This document shows, in pieces, positions 17,139 to 28,700 of a stretch of DNA of 53,073 nt. Every line of letters starts with the position of its first letter. Position 1 is the first letter of the stretch. The DNA is from an uncultured bacterium. GTDB taxonomy: Bacteria; B130-G9. Under the pieces are notes generated by a model. It was not told the DNA's origin. It did no database searches and saw only the letters and a program-made list of their open reading frames with translations. Made by a program: the position numbers and the translations under genes. The DNA lies in assembly GCA_965372715.1 (NCBI GenBank), contig CBDVDH010000021.1, positions 1 to 53,073 of the forward strand. Direction: 5' to 3'.

Positions 17139-20100
17139 ATGAGAGCAAATAGACTGTTAGTTGTCGTGATCGCGCTAGCGTTGTGCGCCATCGCGCTGAG
17201 TGCTACCGGGAGCGATTGGTACGTTGACGCGGTCAACGGCAGCGACTCGAGCGGAGACGGCACTGAGGGCAATCCCTGGAAGACAATTACGTATGCCGAA
17301 GCGGCAACCGCTGACGAGAACCTATGCGCTCTGCATCTCGCGCCCGGCGTCTATTCGCCATCGACTAATGGCGAAACGATTCCAATCGTTTATCAGCGTG
17401 GAACCGCTAGTCTGCTGGGCTCTGGGGCTGAGTTGACCACTATAGATGGGGAGGGAGTCTATGGGGTTCTTGAGATGACATCCGACCATGGCACACTCGC
17501 GGACCTGACTATCACAGGCGGAGATAACGTTGGCACCAAGGTCGGTGGCGGAATAAGGACCTGCTCATACGACTGGTTTTACATCGAGCGCTGTGTGATA
17601 CGGGACAACGACAATGGCGCTGGTTTGCGCACCACAAATCACGGGTCGTACCATATCACCGACTCGCAGTTCATCAGAAACAACGACCAAGCGAACGGGG
17701 GAGGAATCAGAATAGCCTACTGGGTGAATCTTACCATGACGAACTGCCTCATCGCGGACAACACGATACCGGACGCATCCACTGCTGGAGGCGGAATCTG
17801 GAGTCAGGCGAGCAACTACATCACGCTCACCAACTGCACTGTGATCAACAATAGCAAGCACGGGATACGCATTCGTTCCGCTGACAGTGGGCGCGTTAGG
17901 CTCAACAACTGCATCTTCTGGGGCAATGACGACGATCTGGACGTGACCGGGACCGAACTCATCATCAGCCACTGCGACATCTCGGACGGGGACGGCGCGG
18001 GCTCAGACGGCAACATCTCCCAGGACCCGCTCTTCGTGACGGGCCCCGATGGCGATTATTATCTGTCGCACTATGATACCGAGGGCGAGGATAGCCCTTG
18101 CATAGACGCGGGGGACCGGCCATCGTCCGATTTGGGCCTCGACGCCTACACTACCTGCACGGACAGGCGCCCCGACACGGGCACGGTTGACATGGGCTAC
18201 CATTACAGCACGGGGCCGGAATTGTCCTCCCCGACCCACGCGCCAGATTCTGGGCGGACCGACGTGAACTTCACTTTCACGGTTCATTATTACAGCCCCG
18301 CCGGAAGCGAGCCGTCCTCAATCGAGGTCTTCGTGAACGGGACGGCGCACGACATGAGCCTGCAAAGCGGGACGGCTGCGAACGGTATATACAGCTGGAC
18401 GGGGACCATCCCTGAGGACGGCCAATCAACGTATCACTTTGAGGCGAGCGATTCGCTGGGCCAGGACGTGAGGCTGCCCGCCTCGGGCGAGCTTGACGGG
18501 CCGATGGTCTATGACGACTACGTGAAGCCGCAATCGAGCTGCACCGCCCCGAGCGTGACCAATAGCAGCAGCATCGATGTCGATTACACGTCGTCGGACG
18601 ACAACTCAGGCGTGGCTCAGATTGCGCTCTGGATGCAGTTTGACGGTCATGGCTATTACGACTCAGGCCACTCATCGACCGACCCAGACGGCAGCTTCAC
18701 CATAGCGCTCGGAAGCGGGGACGGGACGTATGACCTTTACACGATAGCGACGGACCGGGCCACGAACGAGGAGGACGCGCCCGGGTCTCCCGACGCCTCG
18801 ATCGTATTCGACAGCACAGCACCCGAATCGAGCGCGAGCTGCCAGGATTCGTCCAATTCCAGCCCCATCGATGTTGATTTCACGGCCAGCGATGCTCTGA
18901 CCGGCGTTGACGAGACGGCGCTTTGGTATCGCTACGAGGGCGGCGCCTGGACCGACAGCGGCCAGACGCTTACGGGTGACGCGGGGACATTCCCGTTCGA
19001 CCTTACGGACGGCGAGGGAACCTACGAGTTTTACACAATCTCGACGGACGAGGCGGGCAACGTCGAGTCTGCCCCCGGCAGCGCTGATTGCTCGGTCTTC
19101 TATGACTGCACGGCGCCTGTTTCATCTTGCGACTGCTCGCCGTGGGTGAGCGTCCGTGAGTGGATATACGTGTGGTTCACCGCCAGCGACAATTTGGCAG
19201 GGCTTGACAGCATAACGCTGTGGTTCCGTCCGCTGCCTTCGGGTTCATGGACCGAATACGATACGGCCGATGGCGAGGCGAGCGGCGGCTTCAGTTTCGA
19301 CCTGCCGGGCGGCGTTGATGATGTTGAGTTCTATACGATAGCGACGGACAACGCTGGGAATGTCGAGGCGCCGCCAGCACAGGCTGACTGCGTCATGGGC
19401 TACGACGGCGTCACGCCCGATTCGAGCTGCACCTCACTCGCGATGACGAACGAGGCCACGATGCCCGTTGATTTCACTGCCTCCGACGACAAGAGCGGCG
19501 TCGCCTCGACCGCGCTTCTCTTCAATTATGAGGACGGCGGATGGGGAACGAGCGGCCTTGACCCGGAGACTGGGACCTCCGGCCAGTTCGAGTTCACGGC
19601 CTATCTCGGCGACGGGACGTATTACTTCGCCACGCAGGCGCTCGACAACGCCGGCAATCAACAGGATTTCCCTACCGAGGCGGACTGTGAGACTGTCCTT
19701 GACACGACGGCGCCCGTATCGTCGTGTTCCGTTGACGTTGAATACACGTCGGCCGCCACGATTAGCGTTCAGTATTCCGCGTCCGATGGGCTGTCCGACG
19801 TCGCGCTCGTGCGGCTCTTCGTATCGCGAAACGACAGCGCGTGGGAGAATACTGGCCTTGAGAGCGCTGAGGCCACGGGGGACTTCACCTATGATTTCGC
19901 TGGTCTTGACGGCACATACCGCTTCGTTAGCGTGGCGACCGACGGAGCCGGGAACGTCGAGAGCATCTCTGCGGCCAGGGCCTGCACAACGGTATTCGAC
20001 ACTGGGCTTCCATGCTCGGTCTCCAGCGCTCCTGAGGTTGAGAACGACCCGACCATCGAGGTTGCTTTTGCGATCACTGATGCGCTCTCGGGGGCTTACG

Positions 20101-23100
20101 GGGTCAAGCTCTATGTCTGCTTCTCGACGGTAGCCACAGCAGCCTGTACCGGCGAGTGGGAATACACGGGCGAATACGAATATGGCACAGCAGGCAGTAT
20201 CACCTACGAGCCTCCGTATGGGGCCGGCTTCTACCGCTTCTTCACCATCGCGCGCGACAAAGCGGGTAATTTCGAGGCGATGAAGGACACGGCGGACTGC
20301 GCTTGCGACTATAATGAGGACTACGCGCTTTCAACCTGCTGGGGGCCGTCAGAGGCATCATCTGCGACGCTGGCGATTGTCTATGCTGCCGACATTGGCC
20401 AGGCGGGCCTTGAGCACGTAGAGCTGTGGTATGCGTTCTCGGCGGACGGCGCCGACTGGCCGGATGAGTGGCTCGACAGTGGTGTAACCTCCGAGGCGAC
20501 CGACGGCACGTTCGTTTTCGAGACGCCGCACGGTGATGGCTACTACCGTTTCTGCACGATCTCCCTCAACGATGACCTGCTTGCGGAGCCGTTCCCCAGC
20601 GCCTGCGATTGCCAGGTGGCTGTCGATGCGACCGTGCCATCGTCTTCGGTCTGCGGCCCAAGTATAACTGGCTCTCTGCCGGTGATGCTTTATTATGATG
20701 GGAGCGATCTGGTCGAGGAGGGACGTTTCCTCTCGGGGGTGAAGTGGGTCGAGGTCTGGTACTCATTCTACGGCGAACACGTGCTCGAAGCCGTCTTTGA
20801 GGGTACTCCGGCCACCATAGCAAGCGACTCGGTAGAGTTCGCGCCCGCCCAGGAGGGGATATACGAGCTGTGGTCAATCGCGGTGGACGGCTTCGGCAAC
20901 CGTGAGGCCGCGCCGCAAGAGCCGGACCTGATGCTGAGGGTTGACCTCACCCCGCCGGAATCGTTGGTCTCGGCGCCCGCATACTCCCAGTCCTTCCCCA
21001 TCATGACCTCCGCCGTCGCTACGGACGCCATAACTGAGGTGACCGGAGTATCGGTGTACTATTCATTAGGCGGAGGGGACTGGGTCCTCGCTGGTGCGAT
21101 TGAAGCGTCCCAGGGCACCCTTGCGTTCACGCCGGACGAGGCGCTCGAGGGCGTTTATGGCTTTGTCTCAGTGGCAACAGATTTGGCTGGCCACGAGGAG
21201 GCGATGCGCGACGTGCCGGACACGGAGACCGTTGTCGATTGGACGGCGCCCGACGTCTCAGTCTCAGCGCCTCAATACGCCAACGCGAGCCCAATCACGC
21301 TCGATTACGAGGCCACCGACGGGCTGGCAGGCGTTGCAGAGGTTAATCTTTACCACCTAGTGCCCGGCGCCGATGATTGGACCCAGGCGGGCCTTTCAAG
21401 CTCCGAGCCAACAGGCGCGTTCAATTACGAGCCAGCTGACGGCCAGGGCGAATACGGATTCGCTGTCGCGGCCGACGACCTAGCAGGGAACTCGAGCGAA
21501 CTCCCGGCCGAGCCCGACGCGGCGACCATCTACGACACCGCCGCCCCAACGTCCGGCGCCTCGTCACCAGCGTACTCCAAGACAGGAACCGTGCAGGTCT
21601 CATACACTGCCTCAGACCCCACGAGCGGGATAGCCTCTGTTGCCCTCTGGTATCAGCACGACGGGGGCGCGTGGGTCAACTCCGGCCTGACAGAATCGGC
21701 GGCGGAAGGGGAGTTTGCGTTTGAGGTGTCACCCGACGGAACCTACGGCTTTGCGACTAAAGCGATAGACCTTTCAGGCAACTCGGAGTCGCTTCCGGAA
21801 GAGGTGGACAGCACCACAGTCGTGGATACGGTCGCGCCTGCGTCGTCGTGCGATTCAACGGAACTCACAAGACAATTCCCGATAGCCGTAACGTTCACGG
21901 CCAGCGACGTAGCGAGCGGCGCGTCATCCGTTGAGCTGTGGTATAGACACGATAGCGGGTCGTGGACGGACAGCGGGCTCGAATCCGAAGAGACGAGCGG
22001 GTCGTTCGACTTCTCACCGGCGGAGCATCCCGACGGGGTCTATGGATTTGCGACCCGTGCGCGCGACCGTGCGGGCAACTCCGAGGCGCTGCCGGGGGAT
22101 GCGGACAGCGAGACGCTGGTCGATACCGTGCCGCCGGCCTCGACCTGTTCGTGTCCGTCGGAGTCGCGGACGTTCCCGGTTGGGGTAACGTACACGGCGA
22201 GCGACGCGTCGAGCGGCCTCGCCTCGGTGTCGCTGTGGTATCAGTTCGATGAAAGCGAGTGGTTGGACACCGGCCTCAGTTCAAGTTCATTAAGTGGCGC
22301 ATTCGACTTCACGCCCGCTGACGAGCAGGAGGGCGTTTATGGCTTCGTCACAAAGGCCCGAGATGCTGCGGGGAACGACGAGGCGCTGCCGGAGGAGGCA
22401 GACTGCACCGTTGACGTGGTGTTCACCGCGCCGGATATTCAGGTCGAGCCTGCGAGCGTCGATTTCGGTGAGGTCAGGATTGGTCGCACCGTGTCGCAGG
22501 AGTTAGTAATCAGGAATGTAGGCGATGGCGAGCTTGGAGTCTCGCGCATCCGAGAGCAGGCAGTAGGGTTCTCACTGAGCTTTGGGGACCTCGAGCCCCC
22601 ATTCCCTCTTGCCCCTGGCCACTCCGTTTCGTTCGAGATTGAGTTCGTGCCGCGGTCTGCGGGGCGCTATACGGGGGAGCTGACGATTGAATCCAACGAC
22701 CGAGAGACGCCGGTAATGACGATCGACATGACTGGGACTGGCAGGGCGCCTACAGGCCTTAACCTCGCCGTGGCGAGCGATGCGGACACGTATGGGTTCG
22801 GCGACACGATGGCTGTAACGGTCGCGGCCGAGAACGATCAGGACGCGGTCGCTGCGGACATCTACTTTGCGCTCGCGTATGACCTGGGCGGCCCCGAGGA
22901 GGTTTTCTGGTCAGCGGTCGGATTCGGTGAGTGGCAAGACGGGATAGTCGCATGGCTGCCGGGCGCGTCTCTGGAGGCTGATGTGAGCCTTGAGGCGACG
23001 CTTCTCGATATGCCGATTCCCGAGTATGTGTTGGGTCAGCCGAGAGCGGGGCAATACACAGTGCTGCTGGCTGCGTTCGAGCCGGGCACGTTTAATTTCA

Positions 23101-23510
23101 TCGCCGATCTCGCCTCGACCACATTTGATGTTGAGTCCAACGCATTCTTCGAGGTCATCCTCTCAAGCAGCGAATGCAGTTTCGGGGACATGCTCTCGAT
23201 AGGCCTGCGCGTCTCAATCCCAGAGGAGACCATCTACGGCGACATCTATCTAGTGATGATGGACCCAGTTGGGCAGCTATGGTCCGTTGCCGGCGACTAT
23301 TCCTGGGGCATCGGGCTTTCACCCTGGCTGTCCGACGTGTACCTCCCGGGAGGGTTGGAGACAACTTTGGAAGATTTCTGGCAGATAACGCTGCCAGATG
23401 CGCCGTTCGACAAAGTCGGGCAGTATTTCTTCCTCACCGGGGCCACTGAGGCAGGAGTGCTCGTCCCGCTGTGCGATATCGGCGTGACGACCCTGCGAAT
23501 TGCGGATTAG
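17139..23510 (+). CDS. giant secreted surface protein: DUF1565/right-handed beta-helix, ~14 Ig-like domains, choice-of-anchor D/ASH-like domain, tandem C-terminal domains
   Basis: signal peptide MRANRLL...; WYVDAVNGSD...PWKTI; GGGI turns; 13 repeats Dx(T)xPxS(S)C...ATDxAGNxE; VDFGEVRIG...IESND; SD GAGGAG. Confidence 0.85.
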   Translation: MRANRLLVVVIALALCAIALSATGSDWYVDAVNGSDSSGDGTEGNPWKTITYAEAATADENLCALHLAPGVYSPSTNGETIPIVYQRGTASLLGSGAELTTIDGEGVYGVLEMTSDHGTLADLTITGGDNVGTKVGGGIRTCSYDWFYIERCVIRDNDNGAGLRTTNHGSYHITDSQFIRNNDQANGGGIRIAYWVNLTMTNCLIADNTIPDASTAGGGIWSQASNYITLTNCTVINNSKHGIRIRSADSGRVRLNNCIFWGNDDDLDVTGTELIISHCDISDGDGAGSDGNISQDPLFVTGPDGDYYLSHYDTEGEDSPCIDAGDRPSSDLGLDAYTTCTDRRPDTGTVDMGYHYSTGPELSSPTHAPDSGRTDVNFTFTVHYYSPAGSEPSSIEVFVNGTAHDMSLQSGTAANGIYSWTGTIPEDGQSTYHFEASDSLGQDVRLPASGELDGPMVYDDYVKPQSSCTAPSVTNSSSIDVDYTSSDDNSGVAQIALWMQFDGHGYYDSGHSSTDPDGSFTIALGSGDGTYDLYTIATDRATNEEDAPGSPDASIVFDSTAPESSASCQDSSNSSPIDVDFTASDALTGVDETALWYRYEGGAWTDSGQTLTGDAGTFPFDLTDGEGTYEFYTISTDEAGNVESAPGSADCSVFYDCTAPVSSCDCSPWVSVREWIYVWFTASDNLAGLDSITLWFRPLPSGSWTEYDTADGEASGGFSFDLPGGVDDVEFYTIATDNAGNVEAPPAQADCVMGYDGVTPDSSCTSLAMTNEATMPVDFTASDDKSGVASTALLFNYEDGGWGTSGLDPETGTSGQFEFTAYLGDGTYYFATQALDNAGNQQDFPTEADCETVLDTTAPVSSCSVDVEYTSAATISVQYSASDGLSDVALVRLFVSRNDSAWENTGLESAEATGDFTYDFAGLDGTYRFVSVATDGAGNVESISAARACTTVFDTGLPCSVSSAPEVENDPTIEVAFAITDALSGAYGVKLYVCFSTVATAACTGEWEYTGEYEYGTAGSITYEPPYGAGFYRFFTIARDKAGNFEAMKDTADCACDYNEDYALSTCWGPSEASSATLAIVYAADIGQAGLEHVELWYAFSADGADWPDEWLDSGVTSEATDGTFVFETPHGDGYYRFCTISLNDDLLAEPFPSACDCQVAVDATVPSSSVCGPSITGSLPVMLYYDGSDLVEEGRFLSGVKWVEVWYSFYGEHVLEAVFEGTPATIASDSVEFAPAQEGIYELWSIAVDGFGNREAAPQEPDLMLRVDLTPPESLVSAPAYSQSFPIMTSAVATDAITEVTGVSVYYSLGGGDWVLAGAIEASQGTLAFTPDEALEGVYGFVSVATDLAGHEEAMRDVPDTETVVDWTAPDVSVSAPQYANASPITLDYEATDGLAGVAEVNLYHLVPGADDWTQAGLSSSEPTGAFNYEPADGQGEYGFAVAADDLAGNSSELPAEPDAATIYDTAAPTSGASSPAYSKTGTVQVSYTASDPTSGIASVALWYQHDGGAWVNSGLTESAAEGEFAFEVSPDGTYGFATKAIDLSGNSESLPEEVDSTTVVDTVAPASSCDSTELTRQFPIAVTFTASDVASGASSVELWYRHDSGSWTDSGLESEETSGSFDFSPAEHPDGVYGFATRARDRAGNSEALPGDADSETLVDTVPPASTCSCPSESRTFPVGVTYTASDASSGLASVSLWYQFDESEWLDTGLSSSSLSGAFDFTPADEQEGVYGFVTKARDAAGNDEALPEEADCTVDVVFTAPDIQVEPASVDFGEVRIGRTVSQELVIRNVGDGELGVSRIREQAVGFSLSFGDLEPPFPLAPGHSVSFEIEFVPRSAGRYTGELTIESNDRETPVMTIDMTGTGRAPTGLNLAVASDADTYGFGDTMAVTVAAENDQDAVAADIYFALAYDLGGPEEVFWSAVGFGEWQDGIVAWLPGASLEADVSLEATLLDMPIPEYVLGQPRAGQYTVLLAAFEPGTFNFIADLASTTFDVESNAFFEVILSSSECSFGDMLSIGLRVSIPEETIYGDIYLVMMDPVGQLWSVAGDYSWGIGLSPWLSDVYLPGGLETTLEDFWQITLPDAPFDKVGQYFFLTGATEAGVLVPLCDIGVTTLRIAD

Positions 23511-23725
23511 GGGGGGTGCTCGGAACGGGAACCGACGCCTGCGATCCTGGCGCAGCATGGGCTTGTCAAGCGGCTGACTGCCCTCCCCGCCGGTCCGGTC
23601 AATTCCCTGGCGCTCGGTGTATGACAACCATCGGGCGGAAATGTGAGGTTCTGAAGAGAGACTGTACTATGGCCCCGACAATCGAGCGCAACCGCAGAAA
23701 GGACGAGGAGGTGGGATAAGGCAGG

Positions 23726-24586
23726 TCACTCCCCATCTACTCCGACCTCTACCTTCTCTATAAGAGCGTTGATACGCTGCTCGGTGTCCAACACGCTCTT
23801 GCGGAGCTGGTCGCCGAAGTAAAGGCCCAGTGCCGTCAAGAGGATTGCCAAGAACGACAGAACGATGTTCAATCTCTTACTGGACCGTAACTCCCTCTCT
23901 ATTTGTTTCGTTATCTCTCGTCTTATGCCTATGACGCTACGCAGAACATCTGCGATGTCCCGAACTCGGGGCCGCAGCTGCTCAAGTGTATTGAGGAAGA
24001 AAGGTGGAGTGAAACCAGGATTCTTACGTTCACTTCTCTCGATCATGCTGCGCACCTTCTTATATTGCCGCTCAATATCCATGGTCTGGTCAGCTTCGAT
24101 CATGAGTTGCCTGAGTATCACCCCTACTTGAAGATTGATGTTGGTGGCATCCAGTTGAGGCGGTTCATCGTCATAGACCTCGACTTGAACGACATGGAAT
24201 TCCGGTCTTACGGAATTCCATAGGCCGTGAATCTGGACGAATTGCGCTCTCAATCCCTTCGGCGGCATCCAGAATACTTGCCAGCCGAGTCTGCCCATTT
24301 CCCCAGTGTCGAATAGCACATCCCAGTTCTTACCATCTTCAGAGGTCAGAAGGCGGTACTTGTATCTTCTCTCCGCCTGCTTATCATAGAGCAAGAACCT
24401 GATACAGGTAATGACCTGGATGCTCTCAAGGTCAACGGTGAGGTGACCAGGCCATCTGAAGTGACTCCAGCCTTCATAGCTGCCGTAATTCGTGACATTG
24501 CCGTCAGTCGCCTCCGGAGGCCCATCCGGCGCGCGACGCAAGTTTTGCGCTCCTTCCACGGGTTTGTGAAGAGCAACATTGGGCAT
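23726..24586 (-). CDS. discoidin (F5/8 type C) domain protein with coiled coil and C-terminal TM helix
   Basis: NVALHKPV, ATDGN, LTVDLE, TSEDGKNW; hydrophobic LNIVLSFLAILLTALGLYF; SD AGGAGG. Confidence 0.7.
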   Translation of the reverse strand: MPNVALHKPVEGAQNLRRAPDGPPEATDGNVTNYGSYEGWSHFRWPGHLTVDLESIQVITCIRFLLYDKQAERRYKYRLLTSEDGKNWDVLFDTGEMGRLGWQVFWMPPKGLRAQFVQIHGLWNSVRPEFHVVQVEVYDDEPPQLDATNINLQVGVILRQLMIEADQTMDIERQYKKVRSMIERSERKNPGFTPPFFLNTLEQLRPRVRDIADVLRSVIGIRREITKQIERELRSSKRLNIVLSFLAILLTALGLYFGDQLRKSVLDTEQRINALIEKVEVGVDGE

Positions 24587-24640
24587 GACTAAATCCTCCT
24601 ATCTTCCTTTCGTGTCGAGTTTGAAAACACTGGGCATAGC

Positions 24641-25597
24641 CTACAATCGCGTCGCAATGGCAAGCCATTTCTTGAGGTCATTGAAGTCCTTGAGTGAGAG
24701 ACGTGAACCTATCGTTGCCTGGAAGCTGCGAGCTGGCTCTGTGAAATGCGAAGTCGTGACCAGAACACCGCAGTTGGCCCTTTTCTCCTCGACCACTCCG
24801 TATAGAGATCGAACGAGACCCACGCCTACTTTCCGTTCGGGAGAATACCTCTTGACCTCAACAACGTACAACAAAGTCCCTATCCCGGTTTTATCGACCG
24901 CGAATATGTCAACCCCTCCGTCAGCTCGATACGGCGTCAACACAACGTCATATCCCAATTGCCGCATTATCTCGGCCACCACCTCCTCGACCTTTCTCGG
25001 ATCCAATTGGTATAAGAGTCGAGGATCTCTGCTCAGATGTCGGAGGGTCTGTTCGTTAATCTCGGAGAATTCGCAATTGACCAGTTTCTGCAACTCAGGA
25101 ATAAGAGGCGGACGATCGTAAATCCTGGTTCGCGACTCGGATGCCAACTGCATGACGGTGTCGTATAGATAGTGGGGCACGATGGCGGGGTCGGGTGGAC
25201 GTCCTATATGACAATAATAGACTAGAGGCGGAGTTTCCACGAGGTGAGCTATCGGCTCCGGATAAACTGTGAGGAACAGACGAGGGGTCGTGGGTCTGAG
25301 AGCTTCCGGCCAGTTCTCGTAGAGAAACCATCTGAGATCCTGCGGGAATTCTTGACTTCTGGCAACGGGACCTAGAACCACCACGTCATATTCTTTATCC
25401 GTTTGTTCTACGAGTCTCAGGCCTTCCATGGCATCCTTTGTGTGATCAATCGATAGATTGTCGTCGTAAAACAGCGCATAAAGCTGATCATTTAGGTCAA
25501 CATAACGAAGACTATGCGTGAGTAGAATCTGGGTTCTTTCCTCAGACAATTTTGAATAGCTCCGTCGGCAGTGGATTCCTTTGAGACACGGTATCAT
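24641..25597 (-). CDS. Mrr-like restriction endonuclease (Mrr_cat) with N-terminal receiver-like domain
   Basis: EEVVAEIMRQLGYDV, ADGGVDIFA, VEVKRYS, VGVGLVRSLYG, VTTSHFTEPA; start uncertain (25597 ATG or 25630 TTG). Confidence 0.85.
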   Translation of the reverse strand: MIPCLKGIHCRRSYSKLSEERTQILLTHSLRYVDLNDQLYALFYDDNLSIDHTKDAMEGLRLVEQTDKEYDVVVLGPVARSQEFPQDLRWFLYENWPEALRPTTPRLFLTVYPEPIAHLVETPPLVYYCHIGRPPDPAIVPHYLYDTVMQLASESRTRIYDRPPLIPELQKLVNCEFSEINEQTLRHLSRDPRLLYQLDPRKVEEVVAEIMRQLGYDVVLTPYRADGGVDIFAVDKTGIGTLLYVVEVKRYSPERKVGVGLVRSLYGVVEEKRANCGVLVTTSHFTEPARSFQATIGSRLSLKDFNDLKKWLAIATRL

Positions 25598-25669
25598 GTC
25601 GAAAGATTCGAAACAATGGGAGAGTTTCAATTGGAAAGGAGCTGCCGGTTGTCCTGATGAGTCCGTTTG

Positions 25670-25698
25670 TTGACAGCGCTTTATGTTCGAGGGATCAT
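25670..25698 (+). promoter_or_regulatory. possible sigma70 promoter giving a leaderless mRNA for the ATPase-repeat gene
   Basis: TTGACA-17 nt-GATCAT; ATG begins 7 nt after the -10 end. Confidence 0.4.
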
Positions 25699-25704
25699 TA
25701 GCTC

Positions 25705-28700
25705 ATGACGGAGAAACGAGAATACAAGCGTCCGCCCTTCTTCGGGCGGCAACGTGAGATTGAGGAGCTGAGGCGGCGTGTCCTGAAGCCGGGGCTGACA
25801 GTAGTGCAGGGCCGGCCGAGGATCGGTAAGTCCCGCCTGCTCGAGGAGTTCGTCAAGCTACTGCGTGCTGAGTCGAAGCGAGAGCGGCGCGAAGAGAAGC
25901 GGATCCCAGTCGGCTGGCTGGAGCAGCCAGGCCACGAAGGCGACTCGCTGCTCCGCGCCGTCGCTGACGCCTACGACCATTGGCTCAAGACCGCTTCGGC
26001 CCGCAAACAGTTGAGGCTTCTGTGGAAGAGGAACAAGGACAGTGCTGTTCTCCGCGCGGGCACGGCGATCGGGAAGATAATTGGCGAGGGAGTGGCGGGT
26101 GCGGACAAGGTCGTGCCGGGAGCCAAGTCTGCCGGCTCCATTATCAAGGGTGTTTTCGGCGGGTTGCGACAACTCGGTGACGAGCTGCGCACAGGGGGAT
26201 TGCAGATTGAGCCTCTTCAGGCGGACGAGGCGAAGTCCCTCCTGTGGTTCATTGCTGAAAACCGCAAGCATCCCGTCGTCCTCGTCCTCAACCAGTGGGA
26301 AGACAGCCTGTTTCTTAACTACGACTTCACCACGCTCTCAACCTTCCTGCGGAACCCCCACGACTGGCCTTTGGTGCACGTCCTGCTTCACCTGCGCTGC
26401 CCACTGAAGCCGCAGAATGTGAATCAGGATGCGGTGGATAAGGCGAGAGATTTGGCCAGTTATCCCTCGGCGGAGACAATCAAGATAGAGCCAATTACCT
26501 TCGCCGAGGATGAGACGACGCGGGAAGAGATGCTCGCATGGCTTAGAGAGTGTTTCCCGGGGACAGAGGGGATCGACATTGACGAACTGCTGTCAGAAGT
26601 CATCGCGGGCAATCCCGCCGTGCTGGACGAATGGCTGTACCTCGATGAGGACGGCCGAGCAGATCCGACCATCCTTAGGGCGAAAGCCAAGGACGCGCAT
26701 CATAACCTCTATCCAGAGATCGAGCGTATTCTCCTGAGATTAGTGCCAGAGCCGGGGGGTCGCGGAGAGCGTTGCAGCGAGATTCTCGCAACGGCCCTCA
26801 GGCTGGCGATCATTCCGCCACTGGGATCAGACGAAGTGTGGTCGGCGGTGAAAGGCGCAGTCCTGGGCGATTTGGACGAAGACGCGTTGACTTCATTCCA
26901 GAGTTGGGATTACCTGCGTCCGTCACCGGAGGGATTGCCGAGCTTCGGGCACCCGACGCGGCACGAAACCGCTCAGCACCTTGCTCAGACAAATGACAAG
27001 CTCCGACCACACGCCAAACGTGCCCTGGAGACGTTGGCCGAGGACCTGGCAGATAGCATTGACCTGACTGCGGGTCTTGCAAGCAAAGATAGCGATTCCC
27101 TCTACCGCTATGCACTGCTCTCTCTTCTGCAGAGTCCCTTAGCTTTGCTGAGGGGGAAACTCGTCAATCAACATCTTGCAGCTGCCGCCGCGGCGGTGTT
27201 AGGCCGCCCTTGGCCGGACTCGCTGCCGATGTCGGTCAAGAATGCTGACTTCGCCTCCTTCTCCTCATCAGGGTCCCAAATCTTGGCCACTGGCTTGGCC
27301 ACCGCGGTTCATCTTTCCGGGGATAATCGGAAGAGCGGAGACGCTCTACTTGATGAGTTAAGAGCGCTGCAGAAGATGCACGCGGATAATCCCGCCTTCC
27401 GAGAGAAGCTCGCCCAGGGCTTGGTCAACGCAATCATCAACGCCAAGGAGGATCCGGACCCTAAACGAGTCGATGCTCTGCTCGAGGAATTGAGAGCGCT
27501 GCAGAAGACGCACGCCGATGATCCCGCCATCCGAGAGAAGCTCACCTGGGGCTTGGTCAACGCAATCGCCAACGCCAAGGAGGATCCGGACCCTAAACGA
27601 GTCGATGCTCTGCTCGAGGAATTGAGAGCGCTGCAGAAGACGCACGCCGATGATCCCGCCATCCGAGAGGAACTCACCAAGGGCTTGGTCAACGCAGTCG
27701 CGAAAGCGGGGGATGATCAGAGGAGAATCGGTGCTCTAATCGGCGAACTAAGAGCCCTATATAGGACCCATCCTGATGATCCCAAGGTTAGAGAGAATCT
27801 CGGCAACGGCTTGAGCAACGCAATCAGCAACGCGAGGGACGACCCGAAACGAGTCGATGCTCTGCTCGAGGAATTAAGAGCTCTCCGTATGACCAATCCC
27901 GATGATTCTTTGATCCGAGAGCGGCTCGCGCAGAATTTACTCATCGCAATCGCCAACGCAGAGAACGACCCGAAACGAGCCGACACACTGCTCGATGAAC
28001 TGAGAGGCCTCCACGAGATCTATCCTGGTGATACCACCGTCCGAGAGGAACTCGCCAAGGATTTGGTCATTGCAATTGCTCTCTCTCAGGGTAATGGGAT
28101 GCGGACCAATGCACTGCTCGATGAACTGAGAGGCCTCCACGAGATCTATCCTGATAATCCCGCCGTCCAAAAGGAATTTGCCCAAGGCCTAGTCATAGCA
28201 TTTGCCTTCTCCCGAGAAAATGGGATGCGGACCGATGTTCTGTTCGACGAGCTAAGAGGCCTTCCCAGAATCCGCTTTGATAATCTCGAGGTCCAAAAGG
28301 CGCTCATCAATGGGCTGTTCAACGCAATCGCCGACGCAAAGGACGACTCGGGACAAGTCGATGCTTTGCTCGATGAACTTAGAGCCATCCATGAGATCTA
28401 TCGCGATGACCAAGACTTTCTTAGGGCAATCACCAATGGCCTGTCCAACGCAATTGCCCACGCATCGGACGACCGGAAACGAGTCGATTCTTTACTTGAT
28501 GAACTTAAAGCTATCCAAAGGATACATCCTGATGATCCCGATGTTAGAAAGGAACTCATTAAGGGTGTATTCAATGCAATCGCTAGTGCAAAGGACGACC
28601 GGAAACGAGCCAATACTCTGCTCGACGAATTGAGAATCCTGCGTTTGACTGATCCCGATCATTCCTTGATCCGGGAGCAGCTCGCGGACGGCCTATTCAA

